The position numbers and the translations under genes are program-made. From NCBI GenBank assembly GCA_035710305.1, contig DASTDQ010000725.1:1-34992 (forward strand): a stretch of DNA of 34,992 bases, written 5' to 3'. Below are positions 1 through 9,000 of this stretch, in pieces; the first letter of the stretch is position 1; each line of letters opens with the position of its first letter. The DNA is from Vicinamibacterales bacterium. GTDB taxonomy: Bacteria; Acidobacteriota; Vicinamibacteria; Vicinamibacterales; UBA2999. The notes below the pieces were generated by a model that had not been told where the DNA came from, did not search any database, and was given only the letters and a program-made list of their open reading frames with translations.

Positions 1-3000
1 CGGAGGTGATTCGACAGCCGATTCGCGCGCGCGCTCAACGCCCGGTAGGTCACCAGGTGTCCGTCGTCGATCAACGCAGTCCGATCCGGACCAGTCGTCA
101 CCTGTCGCTCGAACCACTCGTGGATGCACGTGTCACTCGGATACGCCACCGCCGTGTCGTTCCACTCCTCGAGCAACTGGCGACGCTCCTCGTTCGGAAG
201 CGGTGAGTGGTCTTCATAGCGCGCCTGGGGGTCGTCCACCATCGCCGCAAACGTCGAGGCGTAGTACGCACCGATGCGAGCGACCTGAGCCTCCTGGAGC
301 TCGCTTCCGTCGTATTCCAGCCTCAACTCGAGCTCGGACGCGTTGAGCGCCAGGGCAAAGTTCGCGACCAGAGTGAAGTTCGTTCTCTCGAAGAACTTGG
401 TCTCGAGCACCTCCGCGTCTCCCAGATCCGCCAGGTTCTGGTACACGTGGAAGTGTGTGAAGTTGAAGAGCACTTCGAAAAGCGGCTGGCCTCCGAGGGC
501 CTGCTGAATCTCCGGCAGGGGATAGCGTCGGAACGGCAACAGCTCGCGTTCCGTCTGGAACGTGGCGTGCACGAGGTCAGTCCACGTGCCTCCCTTCAGT
601 GCCATGCGCATCGGCACGCTGTTCAGGAAGACACCCACCACCTGCTCGCCCTCGAGCTCCTCCGGCCGCCCGTTCGTTGTCAGACCTGTCACGACATCGT
701 GGTTGGCGGCAAAGGCGCTCTGAACCTTGAAATGCGCCGCGAGCAACACGCTCTTGAGCGGTACGCCCGCCGTGCGGGCGAGCTGCCGCAAGCCGGCCAG
801 GACCTCCGCCGACGGTCGTACCCGGTGCACTCGAAGCGGCCTGTCGGTTGGCGCCTCGCGCGCGTCAGGCCAGCGCGGCAGCTTTGTGACTTCCAGATCT
901 TCAAGCCGGTCGATCCAGAACCGGCGAGCGTCCTCAGACCTGAGCGTGGACCGCTCCAGCGCAACGAAGTCAGCATAGCTGGCCGCGGGTGATTCACGCT
1001 GTGGACGCTCCGCGAGCCCCTCTGATGACAGGTATTCGCGAAACAGCTCCACGTTGAGCAGCGCGACGCTCCACCCGTCGAGAATCGCGTGATGGAAGCT
1101 GAGCGTGAAGTGCCAGGTCGCATCGCTCCTGAGGTGTACGCGCCACCGCAGCAGCGGGGCCTGCGCCATGTCAAAGTGACGGGTCTTCTCGGCCTCGAAC
1201 CACACGTCGAAGGTCTTCGCCTGTTCGGCGTCCGGCCGATTTCCGAGATCGTAGACCTCCAATGGCAAGGGAACCGACCGATGAACGACCTGTAGCGGCT
1301 CGCTGAATTCGCTCCAGTGAAAGGAGGTGCGCAGTATTGGATGACGCCGCACGACCACGTCAACCGCTGCCCGGAACCGCTGCTCATCGAAGAGCGACCG
1401 AATGCGGTAGCCGAAGACATCGTGGTACACGCCGCTCTCGGGATTCAACTGGCTGTGGAACAGCATCCCTGACTGGATGCGGGCCAGCGGATACGCGTCC
1501 ACGGCATCGGCGGGAAGCTGGACGCGATCAGCCGCCGTCATGAGAGCAAAGGCTTCCCTGACGGGAGCGGATCGGGGGACGGGGCTCGTCCGGTCCATCA
1601 TCACGCGCGACAGAGCGTCAATCGTCTGATGTTGGAAAAGCTCCTGAAGCGAGAAGATCAATCCGACCTGCTTCGCTCTGGCTACGATCCCGATGCTCCG
1701 GATCGAGTCGCCGCCGAGCTCGAAGAAGTTGTCGTAGATGCCGACCCGCTCGACGTGCAGGGCGTCCGACCAGATCCCCGCCAACGCCTCTTCTTCCACT
1801 GTTCGAGGGGGAACGTACTCATGCCCCAGCGACAGGCGGACGCCGTCGGGCGCAGGAAGCGCGCGGCGGTCCAGCTTGCCGTTCGGGGTGAGCGGCAGGG
1901 CATCGAGCACCACAAATGTCGCCGGCACCATGTAGTCCGGCAGCGATGCCTTCAAATGGCGGCGCAGCGTGGTCACGTCAGGAGATCCGCCTTTGCCAAC
2001 GATGTAGGCCACCAGCCGCTGGTCTCCAGGACTGTCCTCGCGTGCGACCACGACGGCCGCTTCGATGTACGGATGACGAATCAGGACGGCTTCGATCTCC
2101 CCGAGCTCGATCCGGAAGCCGCGAATCTTCACCTGCTGATCGAGCCGACCCAGGAAGCCGAGCTGGCCGTCGGCCAGGTATCGCGCGCCATCGCCAGTCC
2201 GGTAGAGCCGGGCCCCCTCGCCATAGGGGCTTGGCACGAAGCGCTGGGCCGTCAGCTCCGGCCGGCCGTGATATCCCCGGGCCACGCCTGCGCCGGCGAC
2301 ATAGATTTCCCCAGGCAGGCCCGCAGGCAAGAGCTCGCCGTGCTCGTCGCGAACGTAGACCTGAAGGTCCGGGATCGGCCGCCCCGCCGGGCTGTCCACG
2401 TGCGGCGTATCGAGATCCGCCTGCGTGATCACGCGATAGGTCACGTGCACCGTCGTTTCGGTGATCCCGTACATGTTGACCAGGCGCGGGCACTCACCGT
2501 GGCGGCTCATCCACGGCGCCAGGTGACGCACGTCGAGCGCCTCACCCCCGAAGACGACGTACCGGAGCGCGGACATCGCACCATCCAGACGGCGCTTGCC
2601 CTCGGCTGCCACGAGCTGGCGGAACGCCGACGGTGTCTGGTTCAGGACGGTGACGCGCTCGCGCGCCAGCAGGTCGATGAATTCATCTGGCGCACGCGAG
2701 ACCCCGTACGGAACGACCAGCAGCCGCCCGCCGTAGCAGAGGGCCCCCCACAGCTCCCAGACAGAGAAATCGAAGGCATACGAGTGGAAGAGCGACCAGA
2801 CGTCTTGCGCCCCGAACTCGAACCAGTCGTCGGTTGCGGCGAACAGACGGGCCACGTTGCGATGCGTGACCGGTGTGCCTTTCGGCGTCCCGGTCGAGCC
2901 CGACGTGTAGATCACGTACGCAACGTTGTCGACGCTCATGCTTACAGCCGGGACCGTCGCTCGTTCCCGGGAGATCGCCTCCCACGCGCCATCGAGGCTG

Positions 3001-6000
3001 AGCACATGGGCTTTCGTCTCGGGGAGGCCTGCTGAGAGGCGATCCTCGGTCACCAGCACATCGATCCTCGCGTCAGCCACCATGAACGCGAGCCGCTCGG
3101 GCGGGTGTACAGGATCGAGCGGTACGTACGCCCCACCGGCCTTGAGGATGCCGAGTATGCCGACCACTAACTCGATCGACCGCTCCATGTACAGCCCGAC
3201 CAGGACCTCCGGACCCACGCCCAATGACCGCAGGTGGTGTGCCAGCTGATTCGCACGGGTGCTCAGTGCGCCATACGTGATCTGGTGTCCGTCCAGGATT
3301 ACGGCCACCCGATCCGGAGTCCGCACGACTTGCCGCTCGAACCACTCGTGCAGGCACATGTCGGTGGCGTAATCGACCGTCGCGTCGTTCCACTCCCGCA
3401 GTTGCCGGGCTCGCTCGTCCGCACTGAGGAGCGGTATCTCCGAAATCCGCCGCCCGGCGTCGGTGACCATGCCTTCCAGCACGGCGACGAAATGCCCCGC
3501 CATTCGTTCGATTGTCGACGCGTCGAAGAGATCGGTGTTGTACTCGAGGACGCCGTAGAATCCGCCCGGCGACTCGGCAAGATTGAGGGTCAGATCGAAC
3601 TTCGCCGTCTTCTGCTCGACCTCGACCGGCGACATCGAGAGCCCGGCGACCTCCACACCTCCCGCCGGCGCGTTCTGGAGCGCGAACATCACCTGGAACA
3701 GCGGGGTCCGGCTCAAGTCCCTCGGGACATCCAGCTCGTCGAGAAGCTTCTCCAGCGGGAGATGCTGGTGGGCGTACGCATCCAGGGCGGTATCCCGGAC
3801 CTGCGTCACGATCTCCCGGACGCTTGGGTCGCCGGCGAGATCCGCACGCATGACGAGCGTATTGACGAAGAGTCCGACGAGGTTTTCCGTCTCGGTTCGA
3901 CTGCGGCCAGCGATGGGCGTCCCGACCAGGATGTCGTCCTGTCCCGTGTAACGGAACAGCAGACTGAAGAAGCCCGCCAGGAGCGTCATGAACGGCGTGG
4001 CGCCCTGCGTGGCGCTCAGGGCCCGCACCGCCTCGCTCAACTCCTTCGAGAGCGTGACCGGCCGGCTCGCGCCGCGGAACGACTGGACAGGCGGACGCGA
4101 GCGGTCGGTGAGCAGCTCGAGCGATTGGGGCGCCCCTGAAAGGCGGTTTCGCCAGTATCCGAGCTGCTGGTCGAGTGCCCCGGCATCGAGCCACTGCCGT
4201 TGCCAGACCGCCACGTCAACATACTGAACATTCAGATCGGCCAGCGGCGAGGTTTCACCGCGGGCGAACGCCGCATAGATCCTGGACAGTTCGCCAATCA
4301 CGATCCCCATCGACCATCCGTCCGAGACGATGTGGTGAATCGTCAGCAAGAGGACGTGCTCGGACTCGGCGAGCGTTGCCACCGTCGCTCGCATCAACGG
4401 GCCCCTGGTCAGATCGAACGATCGATTGGCCTCATCGGCAGCGAGGCGCAGCGCCTGGGTCGTTCTCTCGGCGTCCGGCAGCGCGCTCAGATCGACGACC
4501 GCGAGCGCTCCAGGTGTTGCTGCACCGATGTCCTGCCGAGGACCGTCTTTACCAGTCGCAAACCGGGCGCGGAGGATCGCGTGCCGTCTGAGAATCTCGT
4601 CCACAGCGTGCGACAACGCAGCGAGGTGGAGCGGCCCCTTCAGCCGCACCGCAGACGGAATGTTGTAGGCCGCACTACCAGAGTCCAACCGATCCAGGAA
4701 CCAGAGCCGCTCCTGGGCGTGTGAGAGTGGCAGATCGACATCCCGGCCAACCGGAGACAGCGGTATCTCCAACTGGTGGTCGCCGTCTGTCAGCAAGCGC
4801 TCGACGTAGCGGGCCTGCCCAGCCACCGTCGGCTCGTCGAAGACTGCGCGAAGCGGGTACTCGACGTTGAAGAGCGCGCGAACTCTCGACACCATACGAG
4901 TCGCGAGCAGGGAGTGGCCGCCCAACCGGAAGAAATCGTCCCGGACACCGATTGTCTCGATGCCCAACACTTCTGACCAGAGGGCAGCGAGCGCGCGCTC
5001 GGTTGGTGTGCGCGGTGGCTCGAACGCGTCGAGTTCGGTGCGACTCTGATCGGGTTCAGGCAGCGCCCGCCGATCGACCTTTCCGTTGGGTGTGAGCGGC
5101 AGCGCGTCCAGCGTGACGAACCTGGCCGGCACCATGTAGTCGGGAAGACTCGCCCTCAGGAAATCTCTGAGGGAAACAACGCTGTCCGCCGTCGCGAGAT
5201 CGCCCACCACGTACGCCACCAGCTGCACGTCCCCGGACACCTCACGCGGCTCGACAGCGCACGCCTCCACTAAGACATGCCGCTCCAAAACGGCTTCTAT
5301 CTCTCCCGGCTCGATCCGGTGCCCCCGTACCTTCACCTGTCGGTCAGCGCGACCGAGATGCTCGAGCGTCCCGTTGGGCCGCCATCGCGCCAGATCGCCG
5401 GTTCGATAGAGACGTGCGCCGGCGGCGCCGCTCACGTGGTCCGGGACAAACGGCCCGGCGGTCAGATCGGGTCGTTGCCAGTAGCCCGCCGTCACGCCGG
5501 CGCCTCCGATGTACAGCTCGCCAGCTACTCCCACGGGCGCGGGTTCGAGCTGGCGGTCCAGGACGTACACCTGAGTATTCGCGATGGGCCGTCCGACCGT
5601 AATCGGCGCGCTGCTCGCGACGGGCCCGCACGTCGACCAGACTGTCGTCTCGGTCGGGCCGTACATGTTCCAGAGCGCGCCGACACAGGCGTTCAGACGA
5701 TCGGCCAGCGCGGCCGGCAGCGGCTCTCCGCCGCACAGCACGGTCAGTCCGCGCGCCCCCGGCCAGTTGGCTTCGAACAGGAGACGCCATGTCGCCGGTG
5801 TCGCCTGCATGAGGGTGGCGCCCGACCGCGAGATCGCTGCCTCCAGTTGCTGGCCGTCGCTCACCGTCGCTGCCGCCGCCACCCACACCCGCGCACCCAC
5901 TGTCAGGGGCAACAACAGCTCGAGCACGGAAATATCGAACGAGTGCGTCGTCACTGCGAGCAGCAGGTCGTCAGCCGCGAGCCCTGGCGTGCGTGCCATG

Positions 6001-9000
6001 CTCGCGAGAAAGTTCGTCACGCACCCATGCGGCACGCACACGCCTTTCGGTCGGCCCGTGGATCCGGACGTGTAGATCACATACGCCAGCGCCGTCGGGC
6101 CGACCGCCAACGACAGATTCTCCACGGACTCGGTCTCGCCCGCGGACGTCACTGCGCCGATATGCACGACGGCCGTGCCCTCGGGCACCATCGAGGCGAA
6201 GGCCTTTCCGGTCACCACCGCAGCCGCAGCCGAGTCTTCGAGCATCAACCTGACTCGGTCGGTGGGATACGCGGGGTCGACGGGCACATACGCAGCTCCC
6301 GCCTTGAGCACACCAAGGATCGCCACGACGAGGTCTGCCGACCGTTCGAGCCAGATCGCCACTCGCACGCCGGGACCGACACCCAGATCTCTCAGCCGGC
6401 GCGCCAGACGGTTCGCCTGCGTGTTGAGTTCCCGGTAGCTGAGCGTCGTCGTCTCCGCAACGACGGCCACCGCATCGGGTGTCCGTGCGACCTGCGCTTC
6501 GAACACCTCGGGAATCGTCGCCGACGGAGGCGCGGTCGCCGTGTCGTTCCACTCGACGAGCAGCCGTGCACGTTCGTCAGCGTTCAGCAGCGGCAATGCC
6601 GAGACGCGCGCGTCGGGGTTCGCGACGACGCCCGCGACCAGTGCCTGGAAGTGCCCCGCCATCTGCTGGATCGTGGCGGCATCAAACAGATCCGGGTTGT
6701 ATTCGAGCGCCCCCACGATGCCTTTGCGCGACTCGAAGAGGCTCAACGCCACGTCGAACTTCGAGGTCCCCTGTTCGACGACGACCGGTGCCAGCGAGAC
6801 GTCCCGAATGTGCAGCGCAGCCGCGGGTACGTTCTGAAGCGCGAACATCACCTGGAACAGCGGCGTGCGGCTCAAGTCCCGTTCCACCTTCAGCTCGTCC
6901 ACCAGCCTCTCAAACGGCACGTCCTGGTGCGCGTATGCCCCGAGCGCGGTCTCCCGGACCTGTGCCAGCAACGCGCGGAACGACGGGTCAGAACCGAGTT
7001 CCGCCCGCAGGACCAGCGTGTTGACGAACAGCCCGATCATCCCTTCCGTCTCGGCACGCGTGCGTCCCGCGATCGGCGTCCCGACAAGCACATCCGGCTG
7101 GCCCGCGTACCGATACAGCAACGTCTGGAAGACCGCCAGCAGCGTCATGAACAGCGTCGCGCCCTCCCGCCGACTGAGCGCTCCCAGCGCCGCCGCCGTT
7201 TCGGTCGAGATCTCGACTGGCACGCTTCCACCGGCAAAACTCTGAACGGCCGGCCGCGGTCGATCCGTGGGCAGCTCGAGGACGCGCGGCGCGCCCGCCA
7301 GCCGTGTCCGCCAGTAGGCGAGCTGCGCGTCCATGGCGCCGCCGGCCAGCCAGTCGCGCTGCCAGACGGCGTAGTCGGCGTAGTGAAGCGTGGGTTCCTG
7401 CAACCGCGAGGGGCGCCCGTCGATGAATTCCTCGTACAGCGTGCCCACCTCGCCGACCAGGAGTCCGGCCGACCATCCGTCGGTCACGATGTGATGCGCG
7501 GAGAACAGCACCATGTGATCCGCGTCCGACAGACGCACCACGATGGCCCGCACCAGGGGCCCGGTTGCCAAGTCGAACGGCCGCTGAGCGGCTTGCGTGG
7601 CCAGCCGGCTCACTGTCTCGTGACGGGCATCCGGCGCAAGACGACTCAGGTCCGCCAGCTCGATCGAGATCCTCGAGACCGGGGTAATGCGCTGCACGGG
7701 GCGGCCTTCGCCGTCTCGCCCGACGACAGCGCGCAGGCCCTCGTGCCGTCGTATGACCTCACGGTACGCGGCCGCGAACGCGGCGAGGTGTAGCGGGCCG
7801 GTGAGTCGCAGCGCACTGGGCACGACATACGCGCTCCCTCCCGGCTCGAGCTGGTCGAGGAACCACAGGCGCTCCTGGGCGTATGAAAGCGGCGCATCCC
7901 CCTCACCGTCGCGCCTGGCCATCGGCGGCGCGACTGGCGTGGCCTCTCCTTGATGCGCTGCCTCGATCACCCGGGCGAAAGCGGCGACCGTCGGCTGCTC
8001 GAACAGCGTCCGCAGCGGTAGATCGACGCCGAACAGCGCCCGCACACGCGCCCCCACCTGGGTCGCCAGCAGTGAATGCCCCCCGAGCTCGAAGAAGTCG
8101 CTGTGCGCACCCACCTGCGGAACGCCCAGCACGCTCGCCCAGACATCGGCGAGGATCTCTTCCATCGGGCTCCGTGGCGCCACGTAGGTCGACTCGATCG
8201 CCTGAGGCTCCGGCGCCGGCAGCGCCCGTCGGTCAACCTTGCCGTTCGGTGTCAGGGGCAACGCGGCCAACGTCACGAACGTCGTCGGCACCATGTAATC
8301 GGGGAGCCGGTCCTTCAGCGCCTCGCGCAGGGCGCCGCCGCTGGCCGCGGCGGCTCCCTCGGCCGCCACGACATAGGCCACGAGACGGTCGTCACCCGGG
8401 GCTGCGGTGTACACGACGACGACCGCGTCTCCGATGCCGGGCTGCTGTCGCAGGACCTCTTCGATCTCCCCCAGCTCGATGCGGAACCCCCGCAGCTTCA
8501 CCTGATCGTCGATGCGTCCCAGAAACTCCAGCTCGCCGTCGGAACCGTGGAAGCTGAGATCTCCCGTCCTGTAGAGGCGCTCCCCGGGCAGCTCGCTGAA
8601 CGGATGGGGCACGAACTTCTCGGCGGTCAACTCCGGGCGTTTCAGGTAGCCTCGACCCAGGCCAGCCCCACCGATGTAGAGCTCGCCCGCGATACCCACT
8701 GGCGTCGGCTGCATGCGGCGATCGAGCACGTAGAGCTGCGTATTGATGATCGGCCGGCCAATCGCGACGGCACCGGAGGTCGGCGTGTCTTCGGACACTT
8801 CGTAGACGCAGCACCCGACGACGGTCTCCGTCGGACCGTACTCGTTGATGAGTCGCGTTCGCGGCGCGTGGGTCCTCCAGAAGTCGATGTCGGTCGCCGT
8901 CAGGGCCTCACCGCCGATGACGAAGGCCCGCGTGCCTCCCGCCGCTTGCTCCGGAGGGATCGTCGCGGCAAGCATCTTCAGGTGAGCCGGCGTGAGCTTC

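Noticed and set aside
3073-4194. Minus-strand 373-aa ORF and similar ones (689-1420, 1978-2493, 5344-5886, 5971-6552, 6988-7476, 8392-8814, 13343-14812, 24427-25218, 27482-28339, 29681-30619).
   Set aside because: They are off-frame relative to the NRPS or hydrolase reading frames. Their composition is Arg/Gly/Pro/Ala-rich and low-complexity, typical of alternate frames in GC-rich genes, and they carry no motifs.
5277-7793. Long plus-strand ORFs: 838 aa here, plus 207-992, 1629-3035, 3234-4139, 8076-9101, 9279-11219, 15556-16413, 17578-19809, 23781-24656, 24687-25583, 28348-29304, 30247-32271, 32290-33447 and others.
   Set aside because: They are antisense shadows of the minus-strand NRPS genes in high-GC DNA. 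Their translations are Arg/Asp/Leu/Gln-rich with no recognisable domains. They also contain mirror patterns of NRPS motifs; for example, LPELDPEAANLHL is the antisense of KIRGFRIELGE. Each is fully covered by a well-supported minus-strand gene.
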